A DNA stretch of 64,000 bases from Flavobacteriaceae bacterium. Lineage in GTDB: Bacteria; Bacteroidota; Bacteroidia; Flavobacteriales; Flavobacteriaceae. The position numbers were made by a program, and so were the translations under genes. Every line of letters starts with the position of its first letter. The first letter of the stretch is position 1. The notes beneath the pieces were generated by a model. It worked only from the letters and a program-made list of their open reading frames with translations, was not told the DNA's origin and searched no databases. The DNA lies in NCBI GenBank assembly GCA_947491985.1, contig CANLLR010000010.1, positions 4,920 through 68,919 of the forward strand. The letters are read 5' to 3'. This document shows, piece after piece, positions 1 through 8,427 of this stretch.

Positions 1-200
1 TAGACATTAAAAAATAACCTTAAAAACCTATCTCTTTTATAAATTTTACTTTGCAGGTCTGAAACCTCGTTTAGTTCTCCTGTTTCAATATTTAGATAAG
101 TTTTATTATATTTTGGAAGTATTGGAGTTTGTCCTGTATTAACGCTCTTATTAGACCCTTCCGATAGGTATCTAATATTTCTCAATACCCATTCACTCAT
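1..200 (-). CDS. Partial CDS running off the window edge; hypothetical protein of the integrative element
   Basis: Manual translation: ATG at 200-198 overlaps the TGA of 197..448 (ATGA coupling); MSEWVLRNIRYLSEGSNKSVNTGQTPILPKYNKTYLNIETGELNEVSDLQSKIYKRDRFLRLFFNV... stays open to position 1. Confidence 0.7.
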   Translation of the reverse strand, partial: MSEWVLRNIRYLSEGSNKSVNTGQTPILPKYNKTYLNIETGELNEVSDLQSKIYKRDRFLRLFFNV

Positions 201-448
201 AGCACTCTATTTTTCTCGATAAGTGTTAAAATTGAGTCCATCGAATAAAATTTCCTGCGACCAATTTTTGAAACCTCGATTGAATGAGTTCTTTCGAGGT
301 TTCTAAGTTGGTTGTCACAATAATCAAAATAGCGTAATACAGCATTTTTTGTTAACCATCCACCTAATACCAAACCATTATTTTCCATAGCCAATAATGA
401 CTTTTTAATGAGCAAAATTTCAACCATTAGTCTGTCCACTTCTTTCAT
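197..448 (-). CDS. Small DNA-binding (excisionase/MerR-like winged HTH) protein
   Basis: WLTKNAVLRYFDY...QLRNLE...SKIGRRKFYS pattern. Confidence 0.6.
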   Translation of the reverse strand: MKEVDRLMVEILLIKKSLLAMENNGLVLGGWLTKNAVLRYFDYCDNQLRNLERTHSIEVSKIGRRKFYSMDSILTLIEKNRVL

Positions 449-459
449 AGTAAATGGTT

Positions 460-657
460 TTAAAGGAATTTTGGTTTAATGGAGTTAATATTGGATTCGG
501 TTACAGTTTCGGCATATACCAATACCTTACGACCCATTTTAAAGGCTCTTATACGTCCGTTTTTTATTAATCTATCAACTGTTTTTATTGAGCATCGGAG
601 ATGCTTGGAGGTGTCTTTTTTATCCCAATAAGTAGGGGGTAGGTTGTACTTTTCCAT
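460..657 (-). CDS. Excisionase-family helix-turn-helix protein (HTH_17-like)
   Basis: LRCSIKTVDRLIKNGRIRAFKMGRKVLV is a typical Xis-like HTH plus wing; -7 promoter element TACATTTG at 691-684. Confidence 0.8.
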   Translation of the reverse strand: MEKYNLPPTYWDKKDTSKHLRCSIKTVDRLIKNGRIRAFKMGRKVLVYAETVTESNINSIKPKFL

Positions 658-753
658 AATCTTTTATAGTTTAATTATGGGGTCAAATGTAAGTAGAGAA
701 AATTGTATGCTTAAAAAGTAATCGTTGAAGAAACTAACGATTTTATAGTTTTT

Positions 754-1560
754 CTAACGAAAAAAAAGAAGTTTTTTTTCTTCGTATTCTTTACACGCTC
801 TTTTAGGTATAACGTGTGTACTTTTGAGAGGATGTGGGAAAATAATTCGATATGGAGGCTTACCAAGTAACTGCTTAAAATGTTCGGGTTTAATGTCGTT
901 ATCTAAAAATTTATCACCTTTCATTTTAGTATATATGCAACTGTATTTTGTATGAAGAGATTTGCTTTTATAAAATTCTTGATTTAAGTAATTAAAAAAA
1001 TCAAATGCTTGTTTTGAAGTAAATGACTTTTTAAGATTGGTCTCACCCATTGAAGAGTCTAACAAAGAATTCTTTTTGGCTTCGTAAAAAACTTTAAGAT
1101 TTAATATTGAATTTGACAATAAATTTTCATCGACGATTGATAAAGCATCAATATTATACCTGATACATTCAAAACAAATGATGTCTATGATTTCTTGAAA
1201 TGTCTCTTTAAAAATTTTAACTACTTTAATTTTGTCTTCAACTTTTTCAACAATTTCTAATTCTTCCTCTTCACCTTCTTCATTTACCACTTTTACTAAT
1301 ATACCTACTTCCTCTTCTTCAAAAATAACAGAAAGATAATTGTGGTATATTTCAGAAATTGAAAAAAAATAATTTTTAATTAAATCACTCTTTTCCAACA
1401 ATGAAAGACCAAATAAATTATGTGAAATCTCCTCTCTAAAGTAATTGGTGCATACAAATAAATGTTCCACTAAATTATTAAAGTCATCATCTTTCCATTC
1501 TAATCTTTCAAAAATTAGATTGGGCATTTCTATAATTTTTAAAAATGCACTATGATTCAT
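754..1560 (-). CDS. Hypothetical protein (island cargo, acidic central stretch)
   Basis: 268-aa ORF, very AT-rich, no recognisable motif. Confidence 0.7.
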   Translation of the reverse strand: MNHSAFLKIIEMPNLIFERLEWKDDDFNNLVEHLFVCTNYFREEISHNLFGLSLLEKSDLIKNYFFSISEIYHNYLSVIFEEEEVGILVKVVNEEGEEEELEIVEKVEDKIKVVKIFKETFQEIIDIICFECIRYNIDALSIVDENLLSNSILNLKVFYEAKKNSLLDSSMGETNLKKSFTSKQAFDFFNYLNQEFYKSKSLHTKYSCIYTKMKGDKFLDNDIKPEHFKQLLGKPPYRIIFPHPLKSTHVIPKRACKEYEEKKLLFFR

Positions 1561-1621
1561 TTAATTTATTATATTGCAGTTAGTTATGATTATGGTCACA
1601 AAGTAGCCACACAAATATAAT

Positions 1622-1659
1622 AAAAAATCCCGAAACCTTGTATATCAAGTGTTTCGGGA
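1622..1659 (-). terminator. Hairpin plus U-tract after tRNA-Arg
   Basis: TCCCGAAAC(CTTG)...(CAAG)T GTTTCGGGA stem at 1628-1659; the A-run at 1622-1627 gives a U-tract on the minus strand. Confidence 0.7.
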
Positions 1660-1668
1660 AGTAAAGAG

Positions 1669-1742
1669 TGACCTCGACTGGATTCAAACCAGTAACCTCT
1701 TGAGCCGTAATCAAGTGCGCTATTCAGTTGCGCCACGAGGCC
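1669..1742 (-). tRNA. tRNA-Arg(ACG)
   Basis: GGCCTCGTGGCGCAACTGAATAGCGCACTTGATTACGGCTCAAGAGGTTACTGGTTTGAATCCAGTCGAGGTCA folds as a cloverleaf; anticodon ACG; CCA not encoded. Confidence 0.95.
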
Positions 1743-1755
1743 TTTTTTGTGGGTG

Positions 1756-1786
1756 CAAATATAGGAATATTTGTGTAACTTGCAAA
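1756..1786 (-). promoter_or_regulatory. Bacteroidota sigma70 promoter of tRNA-Arg
   Basis: TTTG (1786-1783), 19-bp spacer, TATATTTG (1763-1756). Confidence 0.75.
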
Positions 1787-1813
1787 TCAATTTTACGATA
1801 ATAGTTAAAAAAA

Positions 1814-2326
1814 ATGCCACTAAAACAATACATCCGTGATATTCAGGATTTTCCAAAACCCGGAATCTCTTTTAAAGATATTACGCCATTATTAATTGAT
1901 CCTATCGCCAGAAAAGAAACGCTTCAATTACTGCTATCGCAAATAAAAGATAAAAAAATTGATAAAGTAATAGGAGTGGAGAGTCGCGGGTTTTTCTTTG
2001 GAATTTTATTGGCTGAAGAACTCAATGTTGGCTTTATTCCGGTTCGAAAACCCAATAAATTACCGTATGAAACCATTTCGGCTTCTTACGATTTAGAATA
2101 TGGAACGGATACCTTAGAAATTCACATAGATGCCATCCAAAAAGGCGATAAAGTACTCATTCATGACGATGTTTTGGCAACAGGCGGAACCGCAAAAGCA
2201 GTTTGCGAATTGGTGACGCGTTTGGGAGGTGAAATTGTTCAAGTCAATTTTTTGATGGAACTTTCCTTTTTAAATGGAAGAGAAAAACTATCCAATACCG
2301 AAGTGTTTGCAGCCATTACGTATTAA
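1814..2326 (+). CDS. apt: Adenine phosphoribosyltransferase
   Basis: DFPKPGISFKDITP, ESRGF, LEYGTD, DDVLATGGT. Confidence 0.97.
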   Translation: MPLKQYIRDIQDFPKPGISFKDITPLLIDPIARKETLQLLLSQIKDKKIDKVIGVESRGFFFGILLAEELNVGFIPVRKPNKLPYETISASYDLEYGTDTLEIHIDAIQKGDKVLIHDDVLATGGTAKAVCELVTRLGGEIVQVNFLMELSFLNGREKLSNTEVFAAITY

Positions 2327-2463
2327 CCAAGTGCGCGTTTGGTAATATAATACCGATAACCAATTAGAGCCAATTGCCATTTTTTGGCTTTAGAAATGTC
2401 TAATTGTTGTCTGGTAAAACTGGGTAAAATGATTTTGTTTAATTTGGCGAGTAGTTTATACAT
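2323..2463 (-). CDS. Small basic 46-aa protein (not in the ORF track)
   Basis: MYKLLAKLNKIILPSFTRQQLDISKAKKWQLALIGYRYYITKRALG; own -7 element TATATTTG at 2485-2478; stop overlaps the apt stop (TTAA). Confidence 0.75.
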   Translation of the reverse strand: MYKLLAKLNKIILPSFTRQQLDISKAKKWQLALIGYRYYITKRALG

Positions 2464-2492
2464 GGTTTATTTTTTGGCAAATATATAAAAAT

Positions 2493-2520
2493 AAAAAATC
2501 CTGAGAATTTCAGGATTTTT
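2493..2520. terminator. Intrinsic terminator of the blaI/M56 operon
   Basis: AAAAAATCCTGA-GAATT-TCAGGATTTTT. Confidence 0.75.
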
Positions 2521-2540
2521 GGGTTATTTACTTTCAATGA

Positions 2541-4493
2541 TTATTTTTTTGATTCTTTTTTTTGTTCGATTTTATTTTTTATTTCTTCTTTTCTTTGCTC
2601 GAGTTTAATTTTTCTTTCTTCTAGCTTCTTTTTTCTTTCTTCGATCACTTCTTTCGAATTTGAAGAATTTTCTTGAGCCTTTAATTCAATTTGCTTTTTA
2701 TTTTCATATTCATTCATCACTTTCATATAAATCTCATCGTTTTCTTCTAAATATTTTTTGCTTTTAAGTTCGATAACTCCGTTTTTGCCTTTTTCGCCAT
2801 ATTTTTTCGTAGCGTGAGAAGCGACAGTGTTACTTGATAAACCTATTGTTTTGGAATCTATTTTATCTAAATCTTCATAATTAATTTCTTTACCATTGAA
2901 GAAAATCAAAGCCTTTTTAGCGTCAACAAATTTGTCACGCTTGATTTTATCTATGTGACTGAAAGTTCCATCTTCTGAATATTCAGCCGCTACTTCTACT
3001 GCATACGCGGCCACTGAATTCGGCTTTTCACTTTCTTTTTTCGTAGTTATTTCATCCAAAGAAATTGTAGTTTTTGGTTCATCTGATATAGAGGAATTTC
3101 CTTTGAATATCAACATTTTTTTTCCGCTTTTTTCATCTTCATACGTTCCTATTTCACCGTTTAATTCAGCGATTTTATCTTTCATTTCCTCCTTAGTATA
3201 TTCTTTTCCATTGATGATGTAAATCATTTCATCAGTAGCTGATTTTTTGATTTCAACTGTACTTAAGGATTTTGCATCATTCCAATTTACGCTTACCGTA
3301 TTTTTAATTTCTTCAAAACCACAATCAGTATCATCATCCTTATCAGAATTAATAAAAATTTTAATAGTATCAATAGGTTCAGTTGATTTTCTTTCTAAAA
3401 TTCGATTGTAGGTTTTTCCAGAATCAAAAGAAAGTTTTATTCCAATTATTTCCCCTTCTTTATTTCGCTTAACTTTTGAAATTTTAAGTTTATATTTTTC
3501 ATCTGAAAAAGTCTTTTCCAATTCTCGCAACTCTTTATTGGTCGTATTTTTGGTTAGAATTGAAGAATAAGTTACTTCTGCAACAGCATAAGTTGCCACT
3601 TTTGAGTTTTGTTTTACTTGCGCCACCGTTTCAATTTGAAACAATAACATGAAACCTACTAATAGCGGAAGAATTGTAGCGTACTTCCAAGCGTTTTTTT
3701 TGTGTGATTGATTTGTGTGTAACATAACGATTCGTTTTTTGATTAATGATTGATAAAATTGATTAGTAATACTTAAGTTGTGTTGATGAGTCACCACTTT
3801 TAATAAAGTTTTTTGATATTCGTATTTGTTTTCTATTTGTTGAAAGGTTTCATTATCAGCTATAAATTCAAGATTTTGCAACATGGCTTTGCGGTATAAC
3901 CAAATGATTGGGTTAATCCAAAATAGCGCACAAAATAGTTTTCCGAACAACACATCAATAGAATGTTTTTGTTTAACATGAATACTTTCATGGGTTAAAA
4001 TATGTTGTAATTCAGCTTCCGAAAATAAATTCGGATTAATAACTATGTAATGAAAGAATGAAAATGGATTTTCTGTTGTATTGGAGTGAATTAATGTAAA
4101 ATCAGTTGCTTTTTGTTTGTGGTGCTTTCTAATTTTATTGTAAAATGAAGCCAATTCAACTCCTATTTTCAATATAATTATTATCGAAATTACAAGGTAA
4201 GCAGTTAGTACTATTAATGACCAATCTATTCGATTTTCTTGAAGGGGAACTGCTATTAAATCACTATTTACAGAAGTTGTATCTTGATAAAATTCAGCTA
4301 TAGGTGCTGGTTCCACCCAAATGGTTTTGGTAAAAGTGATTAAAGGTATAACCAATGATAAAAATAATCCGATTATAAAATACCATCTATTCGAAACAAA
4401 AAATGTTTCTTTTCGGAGGAATATAACATACATCAAGTAAAATAATATGATGAGTCCGTTTACTTTTGCAAAATAAATTAGTAGATTTTCCAT
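2541..4493 (-). CDS. BlaR1/MecR1-like M56 family metallopeptidase (membrane antirepressor) with long C-terminal extension
   Basis: N-terminal TMs, PFSFF, HESIH (HExxH), FWINP, EFIAD, LIKKRIVML; TonB-plug-like KYGEKGKNGVIE near the C-terminus. Confidence 0.9.
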   Translation of the reverse strand: MENLLIYFAKVNGLIILFYLMYVIFLRKETFFVSNRWYFIIGLFLSLVIPLITFTKTIWVEPAPIAEFYQDTTSVNSDLIAVPLQENRIDWSLIVLTAYLVISIIIILKIGVELASFYNKIRKHHKQKATDFTLIHSNTTENPFSFFHYIVINPNLFSEAELQHILTHESIHVKQKHSIDVLFGKLFCALFWINPIIWLYRKAMLQNLEFIADNETFQQIENKYEYQKTLLKVVTHQHNLSITNQFYQSLIKKRIVMLHTNQSHKKNAWKYATILPLLVGFMLLFQIETVAQVKQNSKVATYAVAEVTYSSILTKNTTNKELRELEKTFSDEKYKLKISKVKRNKEGEIIGIKLSFDSGKTYNRILERKSTEPIDTIKIFINSDKDDDTDCGFEEIKNTVSVNWNDAKSLSTVEIKKSATDEMIYIINGKEYTKEEMKDKIAELNGEIGTYEDEKSGKKMLIFKGNSSISDEPKTTISLDEITTKKESEKPNSVAAYAVEVAAEYSEDGTFSHIDKIKRDKFVDAKKALIFFNGKEINYEDLDKIDSKTIGLSSNTVASHATKKYGEKGKNGVIELKSKKYLEENDEIYMKVMNEYENKKQIELKAQENSSNSKEVIEERKKKLEERKIKLEQRKEEIKNKIEQKKESKK

Positions 4494-4494
4494 A

Positions 4495-4854
4495 CTAGTT
4501 CTTTTTTTCGATTAAAGCTAAAATCTCGCGTAGTTCTTCAGCAGAAATTTTATCTTCTTCAGCAAAATAAGAAACTAAATTTTTGTATGAACTATTAAAA
4601 TAGTGATCAATAGCCGTACTCATAAATGTTTTTCGATACTCTTCCAATGCAATTATAGGATAATATTGGTGCGTGTTTCCATAAGCATTGTGACTCACAT
4701 ATCCTTTTTCTTCCAAGTTTCTAATGATGGTAGAAAGGGTGTTGTAATGCGGTTGGTCTTCACTTATTTCGGCCATGACATCTTTAACGAAGGCTTTTTT
4801 GAGTTTCCATAAAATATGCATTATTTCTTCTTCTTTGTTCGTTAGTTTTTGCAT
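4495..4854 (-). CDS. BlaI/MecI/CopY family transcriptional repressor
   Basis: LTNKEEEIMHILW...YNTLSTIIRNLEEKGYV; adjacent to the M56 gene. Confidence 0.93.
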   Translation of the reverse strand: MQKLTNKEEEIMHILWKLKKAFVKDVMAEISEDQPHYNTLSTIIRNLEEKGYVSHNAYGNTHQYYPIIALEEYRKTFMSTAIDHYFNSSYKNLVSYFAEEDKISAEELREILALIEKKN

Positions 4855-4928
4855 GATTTTTTTATTTTAATTCAGCTGATGAATTCGATAAATTGATTTA
4901 ATTTATATGTTTCTATTTTAAGACAATT

Positions 4929-4993
4929 CAAACTTACAACTATATTTTTAGTTATAAAACTATTTTTATAGTTATTTAACTATTTTTTAAGTT
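4929..4993 (-). promoter_or_regulatory. blaI promoter with three palindromic operator boxes
   Basis: -7 element TAAGTTTG at 4936-4929; AACTA-N6-(T/A)AGTT boxes at 4938-4953, 4958-4973 and 4978-4993. Confidence 0.75.
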
Positions 4994-5032
4994 ACTTATG
5001 GTTTATAGCTGTAAACACTTACCTTTGTTACT

Positions 5033-5590
5033 ATGAATACAGCCTTTTACAATAAAAATAATTTTCACAATCACACTTTTTGTATTTTTAAAGAAGTGTC
5101 GATTCAAACTATCACAAACTTGAAGTTGCATTACAAAAGCAAATCGGGCAGTAGTTATTATTTTGTTGAAGAAGGCGTGTATCGTTTGTCCAATCATTGG
5201 GGAAGAGCCGCAAATTGCCGATGGCGATTAGTAACCACTACTACACAGCAAAAAGTCAATAATGACAGTCAAGCCAAACTCGGGTTTGCAAAATGGACCG
5301 ACTTTCATCGGGATAATGAAGTAGAAAAGTTGTATTTTATTGCAGCAAATTACGTAGAGCAAACGGTGCAGTTTTTCCATAAAGAAAATGAAAATTACAC
5401 TCCAACTGCCATTTTACGCACCGCCACCGAAACGGCAAAACACATCAAACAAATCCGCATATTGTTCCATGAAACGAGTTGGGCCAACTACCTTAAAGAA
5501 AGTAATATCGCCATTTTACGGAAAGAAATCATTCAAAAGTTAATCGAATCTGAAATTAGTTTTCAAGAAATTAGAAGAGAGTATTTGTAG
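5033..5590 (+). CDS. Hypothetical protein
   Basis: 185-aa ORF with SKSGSSYY and GVYRLSNHWGRAANCRWRL motif-like segments. Confidence 0.8.
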   Translation: MNTAFYNKNNFHNHTFCIFKEVSIQTITNLKLHYKSKSGSSYYFVEEGVYRLSNHWGRAANCRWRLVTTTTQQKVNNDSQAKLGFAKWTDFHRDNEVEKLYFIAANYVEQTVQFFHKENENYTPTAILRTATETAKHIKQIRILFHETSWANYLKESNIAILRKEIIQKLIESEISFQEIRREYL

Positions 5591-5591
5591 G

Positions 5592-5683
5592 TTTGAATTG
5601 TGAATTGTAAGTTATAAGTTATAAGTCTATTATCTATCCGTCTATTATCTATTATCTACAATCTATCATCTATTATCTATCAT
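5592..5683. repeat. Two abutting heptamer tandem arrays between convergent stop codons
   Basis: TTTGAAT-TGTGAAT-TGTAAGT-TATAAGT-TATAAGT (5592-5626), then about 8 CTATTAT-like units (5627-5683). Confidence 0.85.
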
Positions 5684-6903
5684 CTTCTCTGCTCCTCATC
5701 CACCAATCGTAACACCCAAAAACCCAAAACGGTTCCGATAACTCCAATCAATCCCATGAACGCCCAATTCATTTGGTAGCCATAAGCAGCAATGATTTCC
5801 ATGCCGACTTTCGCACTTAAAATGTGTGCCATACTAAAACTCATCGTAAAAATTGCCATGTAACGGCCTTCATGACCTTTTGGTGCGCGACTCAAAGCAA
5901 ACGAATTCGAAAATGGAAACGATAACATTTCGGCAAAGGTCATGAACAACATCATGATGACTAAAATACCCACCCACATATTGATTAACATTAAAAGCAA
6001 ACTGATTGCCATTAGCAAACACCCAATCGAAACAACTTTTACTTTGTTCAACTTGTTGCGTTCAACATAGCTCACAATTGGCATTTCTAAAAAGAAAATA
6101 ATGAGGCCATTCAGCGTCAACAATAATCCAGTTTGTAACTCTGATAAATTAAATTGCTCCTTATAATACAACGGCATCGTAGTAAAAAGTTGAAAAAATA
6201 AAATGCCCGTTATCAAACACGTGACTAGGAAAATCCAAAAGGGTTTGTCTTTAAAAACTGATGCTCTGTTCGATTCCAATAACTGTTTTTCCTCTTTGGA
6301 TTTCGCTTTTTCTTTCTTCTCTTTTACCAATAAAGCAAAAATTAAAATGGCTACAATACACGTCGCACCATCGGCCCAAAACAGACCTTTGTAGCCCATC
6401 GACATAATAATCAATCCGCCTAACGCTGGTCCGGTTGCGAATCCAAGATTAATCGCCAATCGAACTAAAGTCAACGCTCGGGTTCTGTTTTCGGGCTTCG
6501 CATACGCGCCAAGCGACACAAACATCGCAGGGCGAAACATATCGGCAACTACCATAATGGCAAACATGCTTACACACAAGCCTTCAAAACTGGTCACAAA
6601 TTGCAATCCAAAAAATAGCATACCGCTCACCAACAAACTAAAAATCATAATTTTATAAAATCCAATCTTGTCCGAAAGTTTACCGCCAAGCCAAGAACCA
6701 GTCATTGAACCCACACCAAACCAAACCATAATCCAACCTACTTGGCTGTACGAAAAATACAAATCCTCTTTCAAATATTTTGACAAAAAAGGCAACACCA
6801 TCGTTCCGGCACGATTGATAAACGTGATGAGCGTGAGTATCCAAATCTCTCTCGAAAATCCTTTGAAATTATTGATATAGCGTTGAAATCCCTCTTTTAA
6901 CAT
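5680..6903 (-). CDS. MFS transporter
   Basis: About 12 TMs, GGKLSDKIG motif A; start moved to ATG 6903 because a -7 element (TAACTTTG, 6929-6922) overlaps the track start. Confidence 0.9.
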   Translation of the reverse strand: MLKEGFQRYINNFKGFSREIWILTLITFINRAGTMVLPFLSKYLKEDLYFSYSQVGWIMVWFGVGSMTGSWLGGKLSDKIGFYKIMIFSLLVSGMLFFGLQFVTSFEGLCVSMFAIMVVADMFRPAMFVSLGAYAKPENRTRALTLVRLAINLGFATGPALGGLIIMSMGYKGLFWADGATCIVAILIFALLVKEKKEKAKSKEEKQLLESNRASVFKDKPFWIFLVTCLITGILFFQLFTTMPLYYKEQFNLSELQTGLLLTLNGLIIFFLEMPIVSYVERNKLNKVKVVSIGCLLMAISLLLMLINMWVGILVIMMLFMTFAEMLSFPFSNSFALSRAPKGHEGRYMAIFTMSFSMAHILSAKVGMEIIAAYGYQMNWAFMGLIGVIGTVLGFWVLRLVDEEQRR

Positions 6904-6941
6904 GTGCGAAGTTGATTGATGCAAAGTTACAACGTTTTTTT

Positions 6942-7056
6942 GAAGCTTTTTCCAGCTATTCGTTACAATCTTTTAATTAGATGTTCTCCATACTCGCTTT
7001 TCAAGCGAAGGCGAACCTACTAAATTAAAAGGATTTTCACTACTATCTGGGCTAAA
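6942..7056 (+). ncRNA. Structured intergenic repeat resembling the Flavo-1 RNA motif, copy 1
   Basis: Arms TTCCAGCTATTCGTTACAATCTTTT...AAAAGGATTTTCACTACTATCTGGGCTAAA are shared with 37765-37913; the Flavo-1 name is from memory of the consensus, not from a search. Confidence 0.6.
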
Positions 7057-7145
7057 CCAATCTCCAAGTGATAGTATAAATTTAAAAGTCAATGAAAATT
7101 TGTAAACTCGATGAAATATGGATTATTTTTGTTAAAAATAAGGCA

Positions 7146-7745
7146 ATGAAAAAATTCGTATCACTCTTACTCATTTTGATTTTGATAAGTGCACATGCGC
7201 AACATTCTAAGTTGCAAACGGCAAAAGAGTTTCAAGACGAACTCAACTCAGACTATGCCAATAAGGAGAAAAGCCCTTTAACAGACGACGATTTTAAGAC
7301 GTTTACATCATTGGCTTTTTTTCCTATTAATGAGAAATATACTGTTAAAGCCAGTTTTGTAAGAACGAAAAAAGAGAAAGTTTTCAAAATGAAGACTTCT
7401 ACGTCAAGGCTACCAGAATATAAGAAATATGGTGAATTGTTTTTTACAATAGATGGCATGGAACACCAACTCAATGTGTATCAAAACATTGCTTTAATAA
7501 AAAAACCAGACTATAAAAATTCACTTTTCCTTCCTTTCTCTGATTTGACTTGTGGAACAGAAAGTTACATAGGAGGCCGATATGTTGATATGGAAATTTC
7601 AAATGAAACGATTTGGACTATCGACTTCAACAAAGCGTATAATCCATATTGCGCCTACAATCATAAGTATTCTTGTCCGATAGTTCCGCTAGAAAACGAT
7701 TTAAAAACGATTATTTTGGCTGGAGTTAAAAAGTTTCATGAGTAA
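7146..7745 (+). CDS. DUF1684 family exported protein
   Basis: Signal peptide; LFLPFSDLTCG, YIGGRY, IDFNKAYNPYCAYN...SCP. Confidence 0.88.
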   Translation: MKKFVSLLLILILISAHAQHSKLQTAKEFQDELNSDYANKEKSPLTDDDFKTFTSLAFFPINEKYTVKASFVRTKKEKVFKMKTSTSRLPEYKKYGELFFTIDGMEHQLNVYQNIALIKKPDYKNSLFLPFSDLTCGTESYIGGRYVDMEISNETIWTIDFNKAYNPYCAYNHKYSCPIVPLENDLKTIILAGVKKFHE

Positions 7746-8392
7746 TGGATTATTTCAATTTACACACCCATCATTTTACGAACCAGTCTACTATTTTGGA
7801 ATTGGTCAATCAGTATCCGTGGGAATTCGACGCTTCGATTCCGCAGTATTCCATCGGTATTCATCCGTGGCATATTAACGAAAATCGCTTGGCATCGGAT
7901 TTGAAAATCATAGAAGACAAATTGCAATTAAACGAATGTTTGGCATTGGGCGAATGTGGGTTAGACAAACGCATCGACATTCCTTTTTCATTGCAAGTTG
8001 AAGTCTTTGAACAGCAAATCGCCTTAGCCGAAAAATATCAAAAACCCATAGTGTTGCATTTGGTGGGCGCTTATCAAGAGCTCATTGAAATAAAAAAACG
8101 GTTGCACATTTCGGTTCCAATCATCCTCCACGGATTTTCAAAAAATGAACAAATTGCCCAACAATTAATCGATAACGGGTTTTACTTATCTTTTGGAAAG
8201 TATTTGTTGCGAAACCCTGATTTAAAAGATGTTTTTTTATCAATACCAAATGATTGCTTTTTTCTAGAAACCGACACCATCGAAGAATCGTTGGAAGAAG
8301 TGTACCAACTCGCAGCCCAGTATAAAAACATAGCAATAGCTGATTTAATTCAAATTATAAATTCAAATTTCGATACTGTCTTTAAATCCTAA
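7745..8392 (+). CDS. TatD family hydrolase
   Basis: LHTH, GIHPW, GECGLD, HGF, FLETD. Confidence 0.9.
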   Translation: MDYFNLHTHHFTNQSTILELVNQYPWEFDASIPQYSIGIHPWHINENRLASDLKIIEDKLQLNECLALGECGLDKRIDIPFSLQVEVFEQQIALAEKYQKPIVLHLVGAYQELIEIKKRLHISVPIILHGFSKNEQIAQQLIDNGFYLSFGKYLLRNPDLKDVFLSIPNDCFFLETDTIEESLEEVYQLAAQYKNIAIADLIQIINSNFDTVFKS

Positions 8393-8427
8393 AATTCATA
8401 ATTCATAATTCATAATTCATAATTCCC
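8393..8427 (+). repeat. (AATTCAT)4 plus AATTCCC heptamer array
   Basis: Fills the whole 35-bp gap between the TatD-family stop and the tcdA ATG. Confidence 0.9.

Larger units (their letters stand above)
1..1668 (-). mobile_element. End of a putative tRNA-Arg-integrated element (genomic island)
   Basis: Lies directly 3' of tRNA-Arg; two small excisionase-like HTH genes, an AT-rich hypothetical gene and short direct repeats at 1593-1613; no integrase or second att site in the window. Confidence 0.65.

Noticed and set aside
1596..1856. 86-aa minus-strand ORF
   Set aside because: It reads through tRNA-Arg and its promoter; spurious.
5592..8427. Short tandem arrays as CRISPR
   Set aside because: Units are 7 bp with no spacers, and there are no cas genes.
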